From Ginglymostoma cirratum (Eukaryota): DNA of 64,000 bases. Positions 13,261-25,259 of this stretch are shown one piece after another; positions within the stretch are counted from its first letter, which is position 1; every line of letters starts with the position of its first letter. The notes below the pieces were generated by a model. It worked only from the letters and a program-made list of their open reading frames with translations. It was not told the origin of the DNA and made no database searches. A program made the position numbers and the translations under genes. Where the stretch lies: assembly GCA_024137785.1 (NCBI GenBank), contig JAHRHZ010000062.1, forward strand, positions 21,132,771 through 21,196,770, in the 5' to 3' direction.

Positions 13261-14004
13261 TTCCTCGCTGTGTTGTTAGGTAGGTCAGAGATTTCAATCC
13301 TTTTTTTTATTATTTTTGCGGTAACCTAATTATAGGCAGCTCTGTAATTCAGTTATTAAAAATTAACTTTATAATCACATTGAAAGGCTTCTGCCTACTG
13401 CAGTTTCATTGTGGGTTTATGTTTGAATTTATCCTTTTGTTTGTGAAGCATTTGTTTTTCAGTGAGACAGATGTATTGCTATTGATTGAAAAGGATGGGT
13501 CTGACATGCTTGTTTGCTCCCTTACGTGGACCAGCATTCGCAAAAACTTTAAATAGGCAACCTAATTATTCTGCTCTCAATTTATTTCAGAAATCTCGTC
13601 AAGCTGAGTTCATATTCACATTCACATTTTTATTTTTCAGAGTTTTCGAGATTTCAGATCTTCTGGGATCATTACAGGCCCTCCCTATTTGACATTTATA
13701 TTATGCTTTTTAACATTGTACCATTATCCTACGTTATGAGCTAAGGTTAGAGAGACTGGGCCTGTATTCATTAGAGTTTAGAAGTAGTAAAGCTGATCTT
13801 ATTGAGAGATCTTGAGGGCACTTCTCAGATTTGGATTCTGAAGGTATTTTCCCCTTGTAGGAAAGACTACAACCAGAGGACATAGTTTAACAATAAGAGA
13901 TCTCTCATTTAAGACATAAATTAGGAGACAGCTGTGAACAGACACTGGAAATAGTTTTCCAGCCTCTGTCTTTCCATGTCAGTAAGATCTCAAATATCCA
14001 GATC

Positions 14005-14288
14005 AGAGAATCCCTACAGTGGGGAAACAGGCCATTTGGCCCATTGGGTCCAAACTGGCCCTCTGAAGAGCATCTCACCCAGACCCACGCTGCTATCTTT
14101 GTAATCCTACATTTCCCATGGCCCATCCACTTAACCTGCACATCTTTGGACTGTGGAAGGAAACTGGAGCACCCAGAGGAAACCCATGCAAAACAGGGAG
14201 AATGTGGAAACTCCACACAGTCAGTCGTGATTGGAATCGAACCTGGATCCCTGGCACTGGGATAGCATAGCTAACTACTGAGCCACCA
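14005..14288 (-). mobile_element. V-SINE (HE1-like shark SINE)
   Basis: Reverse strand has a tRNA head (GGTGGCTCAGTAGTTAGC...CCAGGTTCGATTCC), a V-domain (GTGTGGAGTTTCCACATTCTCCC...GGGTGCTCCAGTTTCCT) and a CR1-like tail. Confidence 0.85.
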
Positions 14289-14514
14289 ATCCTTCTGATA
14301 GCCTTTTCCATGAACCTCAAAGGTTTGACACTTCCCCAGCTCCCTTTTTCACCCATCATTATGAGCCTACACTAAGCCACATTTCTCCCACCCCTGCTCC
14401 CCTCCAGTCCTTTGCTTTATGTGGTGGCATGTCAGGCATTATAATCCCCTTGAAGCTAGATTTCTTTTGACTATGGAAGAACTGTGACACTCACCTCCCC
14501 CCCACCCCACCTGA

Positions 14515-14552
<38 letters not shown>
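14515..14552. repeat. (AT)n(AC)n microsatellite
   Basis: Directly visible. Confidence 0.95.
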
Positions 14553-15849
14553 CCGAGACTCCTATCCCATGCATGCTTTAATATATGCGCCCCCCCGAGA
14601 TACTGAGGCCACTCTTCGCAACTGTCGTGCCCATCCCTCCAAGCCTGCAGCCCCAATCCTGAGGGATAGGTTCCTGAGTCTTCCTCCTGTGGCAGCTCCT
14701 TTCCTCTTCACCCACATTCACATTACTTTCTGTGGCCAGACACACAGACTGACAGTGGCCCAACTCCTCAGTCAGCTTCTCCAAACAGATCCGGATGACA
14801 GTGCCCAGACCCTGACTGATGGCTGGCTGTCTACCTCCCTGGTTACATTAGCCCTAACCCTTGGAGTGACAACTATGGAAACACAGACCATTCAGACTGC
14901 ATACCTAAGCATAGCCAATTCACTGGATTGATATTGGAGGCTGACTTTGCTTCATCTTGCTGGGACCTCCTGACTGATGGGTGTCTCCATGGATTTTGGT
15001 GAGGATAATACCCATAAGACTTTGAGATGTGGTTGATTATTTGCTGCACATGCAGTGTGCTTGCTCTGTAAGTTGTTGGAGCATGATTCAGGTGTGAGAA
15101 TGGGCACAATGTCCCATGGTGATCAAGTGAGAAGCTCGTGCCTGGGGTCCCACCCAACACAGGAAAGCAAGTCACTCCTCAAAGCAATCATAGAACTCGC
15201 AGCTCCAGAGCCTGACCAGCACCATCGACAGAGATGGCCACTTCTCCTGCTGCGGGGAGAAGGAGAGAGCATTCCCATGCTTGGGAATTTTAAAAGGGTG
15301 GCTAACCTTCTTTTCAATGTACTGAGGCTGGGGAGACTGGTCCTAGTGTTCAGAAGGCTGAACCATCCAATAGGGCAGCCACTGCTGCTGGGCCCATCCT
15401 TCTGTGGACCATGGAGAGGCCATAAAGGAAGGCCCACCCCACACCGGAGACCTTCGGGCTCAATATTCCAGAGGTTCGCTCATACTGCAAGGGTAGATCC
15501 TAAAACTAGGAAGGTGGGGCCAGAAACAGTAACTAATCAAGCAATTAATTGCATTATTTGGATGCTTGCTTCCAGTCGGTGGGTTGCTGATTCAACCTTC
15601 CTGCCAGAAGGATGTTCAAATCCAGACAAGACTTCACATCTCCACATCCTGAACTGATGCCAATGTCCAATCTAATAATCATTATGCATCTTGCTGTCAT
15701 TATGATTAAATTTCTGGGGGCAGCCCTTGTTCAGATTGGAGAGTAGGAACCATCACGCCCACTTCTTGTTCTATTCAAGACACAGATCCAACATTTGTCT
15801 TCATCACATCATCTCAATAGCAGGAAGTGCTACTTCCCAACAAAGGAAT

Positions 15850-15975
15850 CAAACAAAGAACCGTGGATGCTGATGATCTGAAACAAAACAGAAATTAAAG
15901 GAGAAGCTCAGCAAGTCTGGTAGCATCAGTGGAGACAGAGGCAGAGTTTCGAGACCAGTGACTCTTATTCAGAAC
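15850..15975 (-). mobile_element. Short hammerhead-motif element, subfamily B (decayed)
   Basis: Reverse strand GTTCTGAATAAGAGTCACTGGTCTCGAAAC plus the conserved tail. Confidence 0.7.
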
Positions 15976-16339
15976 GTGTCAGCAAAAATCATCCACTACA
16001 TTAGCCTGTTCAAACACACCCAGTGACCATGCCTGTCGTCCCAACAGGAAGATAAACATATCCAACAGGTTTAGACAACAGTTGTCTTGTGCCTGGTTAC
16101 CTCAGGTCATGTCAATGAGCCACTGGGCAACATGGGAGAAAATTAACATTGATGGCAAGATCATTGCTTAATAAATAGAACACCTCTGGATGAATGGGCA
16201 GAGAGCCAGTTTGTGTGGAATACTGTTTGCTTCTACTAATTACCTTTTGAATCCACAGTGTTAGTGACAGTTTCCTAAGGCAGTTATGAATATAATCAAG
16301 AGGGAGCATAAAAGAGACCCAACCAATTAACAAGGAGAA

Positions 16340-16645
16340 TTCATAGGAAAATGTGGAATCGCTTCTGTTACAGAGAGATATTACTTTCAAAAATGCAGAC
16401 TTATATGTTTCCTTTTAGTTTTCAACAGATGTTTGGAACTCTCTTCCACAATGGCAGTGGATGCTGAATCAGTTGTTAATTTTAAGTCTGAGGTAGATAA
16501 TTTTTTTGTTAAGCAAAGGGATGTGGGCCAAAGGCAGGTATGTGAAGTTGGGTCACAGATCAGCTCTAATCTCATTGAATGGTGGAACAGGCTTGAGGGG
16601 CTAAATAGTCCAGTCCTATTTCTATATTCCTATGTTCCTAGATAA
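16340..16645 (+). mobile_element. CR1 LINE 3' end
   Basis: AVDAESVVNFKSEVDNFF coding remnant, GAATGGTGGAACAGGCTTGAGGGGCT stem region and TTCCTATG tail. Confidence 0.75.
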
Positions 16646-16789
16646 AATCAATCTGTTCTTCTTGGCAGCTCACATTAATAATTCAAGTCAAGTTGTCACT
16701 GATGGACAAAGGTTTTTCTTCTCATCCGCCCATCAGAAACACTGCCTATTTGCCACTTAGATAACATTGTCCACATTGTCCATCTCTAT

Positions 16790-17150
16790 TCCAGATTTAC
16801 CTCCATTGAAACTCTCATCCATGTCATTCCCAGACTTAACTATTCCAACACTTTCCTAGCCATATTCCCAACTATTACCTTTGCAATTGAAATCATCCAA
16901 AACTCTGCTTCCTGTGTTGTACTAAGTCCCATTCACCCATCACCCACTGTGTTCATTGATCTACATTGGATTGCAGTTCACCAACACCCAGCATTTATAA
17001 TTCTCATCTTTGTTTTCAAAAGCCCTGTGACCTCACATCATCTTATTTCTGTTACTGCCTCTGGCCCTACAATTTGCTGAGATCTCTGCGCTCTTCAAAT
17101 TCTCTGATTTTAATCACTCCTCCCCACTTTATGATCTATGCTAAAGCCTA
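16790..17150 (+). mobile_element. L2 LINE 3' fragment
   Basis: CCAGACTTAACTATTCCAAC (RLNYSN), ATCCAAAACTCTGCT (IQNSA), CCCATCACCC (PITP), CTACATTGG (LHW). Confidence 0.7.
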
Positions 17151-17504
17151 CTTGTTTCTCCCAGATTTTGTTCACCCACACTCAACCACAACAACCTTGC
17201 ATGAAACAATTTTTGGTATGGGTTGATGGATAGGATTTTAAATTTCCTGTCTGTTAAGATGTGCAAGTTGCCCACCCATGATCGTGAGGTCACCTTTCAC
17301 AGCTCAGCACCTAAACACGAACAAACTCCAACACTGAAAGGTAGATCAGACTTTCACATTAGGTGGAAATGAGGCATGATCATGCCATATTGTCGGACTC
17401 AATGTCTAACTCAGGATTAAGTTGGAGACAATGAATTCTAATCAGTCACATTAGCAAAGGTTGGTGTAAGTAATAAAATGAGATGATTCCTGGTGTATAG
17501 AAAT

Positions 17505-18027
17505 GGCAGTGGTGTAGTAACACTACTGCAGTGGTAATCGTAGAAGCTTTGATTATTCATTCTGTGATGTGAGTTAAAATCCTATCATAGCAGCTGGGGA
17601 ATTTATAAATAAATAAACCTGAAATAATCAGTAATGATGTCTATTTGATTACTATAATAAAGGCAAAACACTGCAGATGCAGGAAATCTAAAAGAAGCAC
17701 AAATAGTGCTGAAGAATAGTCATGCTGTACTCAAAATGTTAGCTCTGTTTTTCTCTCTCTACAAATGCTGCCAGACCTCCTGAGTTTTTCCAGCATTCTC
17801 TCTATTTCGCTGCTGGAAAAAACCATCCAGTTCACTAATATTCTTTAGCGAAATAATTCAGCATGATTTACCTGATTTGACCTATATGTGACTCCAAACT
17901 CATAGTAATGTCATTGACTCTAAGACACTCAGTTGTGAAGTAGGTAGTTCATCACTATCTTCTCCAGAGTGAATAAGAGCGAGCAATGAATGCTGGCTGT
18001 ACCAGTACCTCCACACCAGAAAGCAAA
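17505..18027 (+). mobile_element. tRNA-head SINE (same family as 9847); contains a hammerhead element and abuts the LTR element at its tail
   Basis: GGCAGTGGTGTAGTAA head; CCAGTTCACTAAT and CCTATATGTGACTCCA body; GAATGCTGGC..CCACACC tail. Confidence 0.6.
17660..17808 (+). mobile_element. Subfamily-B hammerhead element with an inverted 5' piece
   Basis: Reverse tail piece (CTGCAGATGCAGGAAATCT), then CTGAAGA-A-TAGT-CATGCTGT-ACTC-AAAA-TGTT-AGCTCTG and the forward tail. Confidence 0.7.
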
Positions 18028-18614
18028 TATGACGATGCTATCACTTTAAAAAGGTTATTCTGTCCTTTGTTTTTATGAAAAGAGGTTTTAAAGGCAGAGG
18101 TGTAGAAGAGTCTAGGGAGTAACAGTTTAACAATGGAAGGGGAGTGGCCAGTTCTCCCAGTTCAGGTTTTTTCTACTTTTTTTTAGCTGTAGCAGTCATA
18201 AGATGTTTTGAGTACTGGAAGTGTTGCAAGCTTCAGTAAAGGATTCCTCTGACTTTCCCTGAAATGTTTCTGGATGTTGTTCCCTCCTGCCTGGAAGAAT
18301 CTGTGTTTGAATTTACCTTTTTGCCAAGTGGTGTGTTTATGGGATGTTACTATATTGGAACAGTTAATTAGTTAAGTTGCTGTATTGAGTCGGCTAGGTT
18401 TTCCAATAGCTAATTTACTCTAAATTTCGCTAGGTTTTATTCATGTATCGAATGTAATATTTAAATAAATTTTCTTTTGCTTACAACAAAGTGGTTTGAC
18501 TAGTTGTGTCACACCAGAAACACCCACTTCACATCTACCTTTAAAATAAGGAAAAGTTAGGATCTAGGCTACCTTCTTAAAATATTTTCAGGGGGCCTGG
18601 CTTACTCCACAACA
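18028..18614 (+). repeat. 5' LTR
   Basis: TATGACGATGCTATCAC...CCACAACA aligns along its length with 23689-24267; the initial TG is mutated to TA. Confidence 0.92.
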
Positions 18615-18617
18615 GAT

Positions 18618-18636
18618 TAGGGGCTCTTGTCCAGAT
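18618..18636 (+). other. Primer-binding site, tRNA-Pro-like (degenerate)
   Basis: TAGGGGCTCTTGTCCAGAT, 3 nt after the LTR, compared with the tRNA-Pro PBS TGGGGGCTCGTCCGGGAT. Confidence 0.7.
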
Positions 18637-18759
18637 TATATTATAATTCCAATTGACGTTTAGGGTTGTTGGACTCAAAGGTGATGAGTGGTAGGTGTTA
18701 GTGTCTTTTGTTTCGAGTTGGTTTGTTGAATTCAGTTGGTCTAAACAGAGCTTTGTGTA

Positions 18760-20050
18760 CTAGTAGCTCTTTCTGCCACTAAGAGTTTTCTGGGGGTGAA
18801 AGAAATGACTTTAGGTGTTTTACAAAGGGTGAGTAAGGCAAAGCTGTTGGAATTGGCAGACAGACTGGAGTTGGTGTTGCCTTTGTCTGTGAGAAAATGA
18901 GAGGTAATTACAGCAATAGCTCGACATTTAAATTTACTTGAGATGCGATCAGAACCTTTGGAAATGGCTAGAATTCAATTGTAGATGAAGCAGCTTGAAC
19001 ATGAAAGGGAGCTGAAACAGTGTGAATTATGATTAAAAGCAGAGGAAAAAGAAAAGGAAAGAGTTGCCCTAGCAGAACAAAAAGGAAAGGGAAGAATTGC
19101 TCTGGCAGAGCAAACAGAAAAGGAAAGGACGGCGTAAGTAGAAGGAAGGGAGAAAGAGAGAGAGAAGTAAAGCAGAAAGAGAGCGTTTGAACTTCACAAG
19201 TCAGCAAATAGACAGGAAAGTTGACTTAAAATGATGGAGGTGAAGATAGAAGGTAGGCCTAGTGAGGAGGACAGTGAGGATGAGTAAACCCATCGTAGCC
19301 AAAGGCCTGGTGGGGGTCTGTTTAAATATATTCAAGCATTGCCGAAATTTGATGAGAAAGATGTAGAAGGCTTTTTCATTTCATTTGAGAAAGTGGCTAA
19401 ACAAATGAAGTGGCCGGTGACCGTGTGGATATTGTTGATCCAAATAGTGTTGGTGGGTAGAACTAGTGAGGTATTTGCATCACGATCAGAGGCAGTATCT
19501 GGGGGATATAAGGAGGTGAAGAAAAACATCTTAAGTGCATATGAGCTTGTGTAAGAAGCCTACAGACAATGTTTCAGGATTCTAAGGAGTGACCCTGGTC
19601 AAACATACATTGAGTTCGAAAGGATCAAACAAAGTAATTTTGATAGATAGATAAGGGCATTAAAAATAGATAGAACATATGATGCTCTTAGAGATAAGGT
19701 TATTTTGGAGAAGTTTAAAAATTCATTTCCTGAGGTAGTGAGAACTCATGCAAAGTGTAGAGAGTTAAAGCGGCAAAATAGCAGCAGAAATTTCTCATGA
19801 TTATGACTTGGTTCATAAATCAGTGCTTAGCTTCCGATATCAATTTCAATCCATGAGGGATAGAAATTGGGGAAAGAGAAATCCTCAGGTAGTAAGGGAA
19901 AAGTAGATCTCAGTGAAGATAATAAAGATAGTTTATCACAGGGTGGAAAGGAAACCCATGAAGGGGAAAGAGGTGTTAAAAAGCTCAGGTGTTTTCACTG
20001 CAATAATGTAGGCCACATAAAGTCATAGTGTTGGTAGCTTAGGAAAAGCA
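18760..20050 (+). pseudogene. gag pseudogene (SCAN-like capsid C-terminus and CX2CX4HX4C knuckle)
   Basis: PKFDEKDVEGFFISFEKVAKQMKWP (19339+), EAYRQCFR...VILEKFKNSFPEVVRTH (about 19555-19750), CFHCNNVGHIKS*C (19990-20031). Confidence 0.85.
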
Positions 20051-20969
20051 CTGGGAAGATGGACGTAGGAAAACAGGATAAGCCAGTGAATTTTGTTAAA
20101 GTGGTAAAGGAAAGCACAGTGGAAGTTAAAAAGCTGCACCAGAATGTACAACCTGGTCGGAGGTTGGTTGAAAAGGAAGTGCCAGATCTTCTTAAACCAT
20201 TTACTTGCGAAGGTAAGGTTTACTCACATAGGCCAGGAGCAGTAGGTAAAGAAGTTACAGTAAAAGAGGTACAGTGTCATTGTCAATCTTTGCTGTTGAG
20301 AGATGAGGCGAAATGTAATTCAGAAGAATTATTGCCAGAAAAAGTGCTAGTACATGGAATTCATGGTAAGACGAAAAGTGTTCCATTATATAGCCTGAGG
20401 AAGGATTCTGCGGTGGAAAGTGAAGAAGTGGTATGGGGGTACTGGAGAAACTTTCGGCTCAAGGAGCACAATTAGTCCTTGGTAACGATATAGCAGAATC
20501 ATAGGTAGAAGTGCTGCCTCCTGTGGTTGAAAAGCCAGTGGACAATCAGGCAACTGAGGTATTACAGAGAGTATATCCTGGGATTTTTCCTGACTGTGTG
20601 ATAACAACGTCACAAAGCCAACGTTTGAAACAGGAGGAGAAATGAAAGAACACAGATAAGGAAGTTGAATTAGAATCATCAGAGACCATGTTTGATTGAA
20701 TTGTTGAGAAAAAAACAAGAACAGGTGGAGGACAAAGTGGATGTTTTTACTTCAGAGAAATTGACTGAGTTACAACAGAAAGGTGAAAAACGGAAGCAAT
20801 TGTATCGAAAAGCATACACAGAAGAAAAATCTGAGTGTATTCCCGAATGCTACTATCTTAAAAATGACATCTTGATGAGGAAGTGGAGACCATCACATAT
20901 TCAGATGAGAAACGGGCAGAAGTTCATCAAGTTGTATTACCAGTGGGTTATAGAAAGGAGGTGTTGTAG

Positions 20970-22000
20970 GTTGCATGTGAATTACCAGTAGGAGGTCAGT
21001 TAGGGGTAAGAAAAGCTCCAGCAAAAATGCAAAAACATTTTTACTTGCCCGACTGCATTAGGATGTAAATTGAATTTTTCCAGCCATGGGTCATACATGT
21101 CAAGTAATTGGAAAACCTCAGGCAGTAATAAAACCAGCACCTTTAGTATGCATTCATGCCTTTCAGGAACCCTTTTCAAGGGTCTTAATTGATTGCATGG
21201 GACCCCTATTTAAAACAAAAAGTGGGAATCAGTATTTGTTAACAATCATGGATGTGTCCACTAGATTTCCAGAGGCCATTCCATTGTACAATATCACAGC
21301 TAAAAGGATTGTAGAAGAGTTATTCAAATTTTTCACTACATACAGACAACCCACCAAGATATAATCAGATCAAGGGTCAAATTTTACATCAAAATTATTC
21401 ACAGAAGTTATGGATAAAAAGTTCAAATCCACAGCGTATCATCCAGAATCGCAAGGAGCACTAGAAATGTGGCATCAAATTTTAAAGACCATGTTAAGGG
21501 TTTATGGTTAAGACTATCCAGATGATTGGAATAAAGGAATTCCATTTGTAATTTTTGCAACTAGGGATGCACCAAATGAATTGTCCAAATTCAGCCCATT
21601 TGAATTAGATTCTGATCATGGGGTGACAGGGCCACTGAAATTAATTAAGGAGAAATTGGTGAGTCAGACTTCAGGGACCGCATATTTGGACTATTTGTCA
21701 AATTTTAGAGAACAATTAAATAGAGCAGGGAAGTTGCCTAGACAGCATTTAAAGATATCACAGCAAATGATGAAACAGGAAGCAGACCAGAAATCAAAAA
21801 CTCGCAATTTTGCTAATGGAGATAAAGTGTTATTGTTACATCCAGTGATAGCTGTGCACCTTTAAAAGCAAGGCTTTTGGACATTATCAAATTGAAAGGA
21901 GATTGAGTGAAGTGAACTATTTGATCAGGACTCCAAATAGAAAGAAGCCTCACAGAGTGAGTCATGTGAATATGCTCAAAGGGTATTTTGATAGGAAAGG
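20970..22000 (+). pseudogene. Integrase pseudogene (HHCC remnant, DDE core, GPY/F-like tail)
   Basis: HTCQVIGKP..PAPL..PFSRVLIDCMGP (D 21191), SDQGSNFTS (D 21368), STAYHPESQGALE (E 21464), FSPFEL, VNYLI..VSHVNMLKGY. Confidence 0.9.
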
Positions 22001-22199
22001 AAAGCAAAAGGCGAATGTGTTACTGCTTACAACACAGTGTGAAGAACCAAGTTCAGAGGATTCTGAATTGGACATTCCTCAAGGTAAATTGAAAAATGAG
22101 GAAGTCCTCAAAAATTGGGATAAACTGTTGAGTTACCTTCCAGAGAAAAATCAAAATGACCTGAAAGTTATTACTATCACATGGGGAGATATGTGGGAA

Positions 22200-23500
22200 T
22201 AAGCTTGGAAGTACTAATTTAATTATGCATGATGCAGAAATAGGAAATGCTGTTTCAATTAAGCAAAATCCTTACAGACTTAACCCTCTAAAGTTGGTAC
22301 AGATTCAAAAAGAGGTTGAATGCATGCTCCAAGACAATATAGTCAAAGTGAGTTGCAGTGGCTGGAGCTCACCCATAGTAATGGTGCCAAAACCAGATGG
22401 TACCCAGTGATTATGTGTAGACTATCGCAAAGTCAATGCAGTTACAGTCTGATTCATATTCAATTCCACATTTGGAAGACCATGTTGAGAAGGTGGGACA
22501 AATAACCTATATTCTAAATTGGGCTTATTCGGAGGATACTGGCAGGTACTTTTATCCTAAAGACTGAAGACAATTTCAGCTTTCGTAACATTGAATGGGC
22601 TGCACCAATTTAAACGTATGCCATTTGATATAAAAAATGCGCCAGCTACATTTCAAAGACTAACCAATAAAGTCATTCTGGATTACCCAATTGTATGCTA
22701 TACATCGACAACCTGGTGATTTTTAGTCACACATGGAAGGAACATTTTCAGCATTTATCAGAATTATTAAAATGAGTTCAGGAGACAAGCTTGGTGATAA
22801 ACCTGGCTAAGGGTGAGTTCACCAAAGCCCAAGTCACATTCCTGGGCCATGTTTTTGGACACGGATAGATGGCCCAAAGAATGTGAAAATAAAGGTTATT
22901 GGGGAGTTTTCCATACCATCGACAAAGACAGCAGAGCAACGATTCCTCGGATTGAATGGGTTTTATTGGAAATTCGTACCAAACTTTAGCAGCTTGGTTG
23001 CTCCGCTGACTGACCAATTGAAGAAGTGCAGAAAATTTTGTGAACGGCAGACTGTCAGAAGGTGCTTGACAGCCTGGCAGCTGTGTTAACCATTGCCCCA
23101 GTATTAACCACACCTAATTACACAAAGCCATTCAAGGTGGCAATCGATATGAATGATGTGGGTGTTGGTGCTGTACTCGCACAAGAAGACGATGAGAAGA
23201 TAGAAAGACCTATCTAGTATTTCTCCAGACAATTGAATATTCATCAACACAAATATTCCACTATTGAGAAGGAGACCTTGAGCTTGGTGTTAGTGTTACA
23301 CCATTTCAACATTTATATTGTCAGTAATGTGTCTGAGACAATTGTATATACTGATCATAACCTATTAAGGATTTTGGAGATATTTAAGGACACAAATTCC
23401 AGACTGTTTAGATAAAGCTTATTACTGCAGCCATTCAATTTGAAAATTATACACGTGGCAGGACAAAAAAACATAATTATTGACATGTGGCCGTGACTTG
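22200..23500 (+). pseudogene. Reverse transcriptase and RNase H pseudogene (Ty3/Gypsy type)
   Basis: IKQNPYR..WSSPIVMVPKPDG, LCVDYRKVNAVT, MPF..KNAPATFQR, YIDN at 22701 (decayed YIDD), RFLGLNGFY.KFVPNFS, FKVAIDMNDVGVGAVL, YSTIEKE, YTDHN.L. Confidence 0.92.
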
Positions 23501-23677
23501 GATGAAGACAGAGGGAGGCGTTCAGTGGCAGGAGTAGACGGACTGAAATAGAATGCAGTAGTGAATGCTTGCATGCTTTGAGTCAATGCAATGTACATGT
23601 ATTATCGTATACTAATAGAGTAAGACTAAGGGGTTTAAAATTGAGCCATCTTTGTATATTGATGGTTCTTTATTTTT

Positions 23678-23688
23678 AAGAAGGGAGG
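23678..23688 (+). other. Polypurine tract
   Basis: AAGAAGGGAGG directly before the TG of the 3' LTR. Confidence 0.85.
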
Positions 23689-24267
23689 TGTAACGATGCT
23701 GTCACTTTAACAAGGTTATTTTGTCCTTCGGTTTTTTTGAAGAGAGGTTGTAAAGCAGAGGTGTAGAAGAATCTAGGGATTGACTGATTAACAAGGGAAA
23801 GGGAATGTCCAATTCTCCCAGTTCAGGTTTTTTCTAGTTTATTTTAGCTGTAGCAGTCACAAAATGTTTTGAGTACTGGTAGTGTTGCAAGCTTCAGTAA
23901 AGGATTCCTCTGACTTTCCCTGAACTCTCTCTCTGGATGTCGTTCCCTCCCGCCTCTAAGAATCTGTGTTTGAATTTACCTTTTTGCCAAACAGTGTGTT
24001 TATGGGAAGTTGCTATATTGAAACAGTTAATTAGTTAAGTTGCTGTATTGAGTTGGCTAGGTTTTCCAATAGTTAAGTTACTCTAAATTCTGCTTTCTTT
24101 TATTCATGTAGTGTTTAAATAAATTTTGTTTTGCTTAAAGCCAAGTGGTTTGACCAGTTGCATCACATCTGGATCACCCACTTCACATCTACCACTAAAA
24201 TAAGAAAAAAGTTAGGGTTTAGGCTAACTTCTTAAAATATTTGAGGGGTCTGTCCTGGTCCATTACA
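23689..24267 (+). repeat. 3' LTR
   Basis: TGTAACGATGCTGTCAC...CCATTACA, with canonical TG...CA ends and a short terminal inverted repeat (TGTAA/TTACA). Confidence 0.93.
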
Positions 24268-24284
24268 CTAAATTAAGAAAAAGT

Positions 24285-24640
24285 ACAGGCCATTCATCTC
24301 CTCAATCCTTTTCTTTTAATTAGAAAATAGGTAACCTGTATCTTACCTCCATCTGTCCACCTTGGTTCCATAAAATTTAAGTAACAAAAAATTACCAATT
24401 TTGGTCTTGAGATATTTGACTGATACCAATTTTTGACAACATTTTCATTGTGTATTGTGTGCAGAAGTTTTTCCTGACATCACCTCCTGTGTCTTGTGGC
24501 TTTAATATGAAGATTTTGGTTCCCTTATGCTAAATTCTCCAACCAGAGGAAATAGTTTCTCCCCATCTGCCCCATCTTATTCTTTGATCATCTCTAACAC
24601 TTCAGTTAGATCACCTTTTAATCTCCCATGTTCGTGATCT
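24285..24640 (-). mobile_element. CR1 LINE 3' fragment
   Basis: Reverse ORF ends in GRLKGDLTEVLEMIK; tail CAGGCCATTC. Confidence 0.7.
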
Positions 24641-25259
24641 TTGCACCTCACAATAGGCAATTTCAAAGCTGAATTGACAAAGGTCAAGAATTCAAGGATG
24701 TCTACTCTTTCGTCATACAGAATGATGAATGATGACATAAAGTCAAGGGTAAAGGACTGTAGATGCAAGAAATGAGTTGCAACGGAAAAGATTTGAGAAG
24801 TGTACTTCACACGTTCCCTCCCACACTGAGGCACACATGCAAACTCTGCCCTAGAAACATACTTTCTTGGAATTGCCGTGATCCAACAATAATGGAGCTA
24901 TAAATTCATTGCAGCAATCAATCTCTATCAATCAGACCACAAGTAATCCAGTTCATGATATACAGAAAACTTCCAATGTTGTAGAGCCTTGGGAACTATT
25001 CTCCCCAAGCATATTATACTCATCACATGTTATATTTTAAAACTTGTCTAAAAACAATGTTTATTTTAAGAAAAAGTCAGACAAATAATGAGACCCAGCC
25101 TAATTGATTTCTGCTGACTACCAATTTGACATTATACCAGGCAGAAATTTGCCTTTAAATCCCTAAAGATCATAAATAAAGTGACATGCATTGTCGGAGG
25201 CGTTTCCTTTTATTGTTACAATGTGAGACCAAGGTCCAGAGTACTTGTTCAGGTGGTTA

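Larger units (their letters stand above)
18028..24267 (+). mobile_element. Full-length, inactivated Gmr1-like Ty3/Gypsy LTR retrotransposon (gag, PR-IN-RT-RH)
   Basis: Two ~580 bp direct LTRs, PBS, PPT, a gag with CCHC knuckle, and an integrase located upstream of RT/RNase H; many stops and frameshifts. Confidence 0.93.

Noticed and set aside
15055-15657. 200-aa ORF as a protein-coding gene
   Set aside because: Non-ATG start (GTG), no recognisable domain, and no clear splice context; long ORFs arise by chance in GC-richer sequence.
18028-24267. Endogenous retrovirus or Ty1/copia element
   Set aside because: There is no env-like ORF (RNase H is followed within about 190 bp by the PPT and LTR), and the RT/RH motifs are Gypsy-type despite the copia-like domain order and tRNA-Pro-like PBS.
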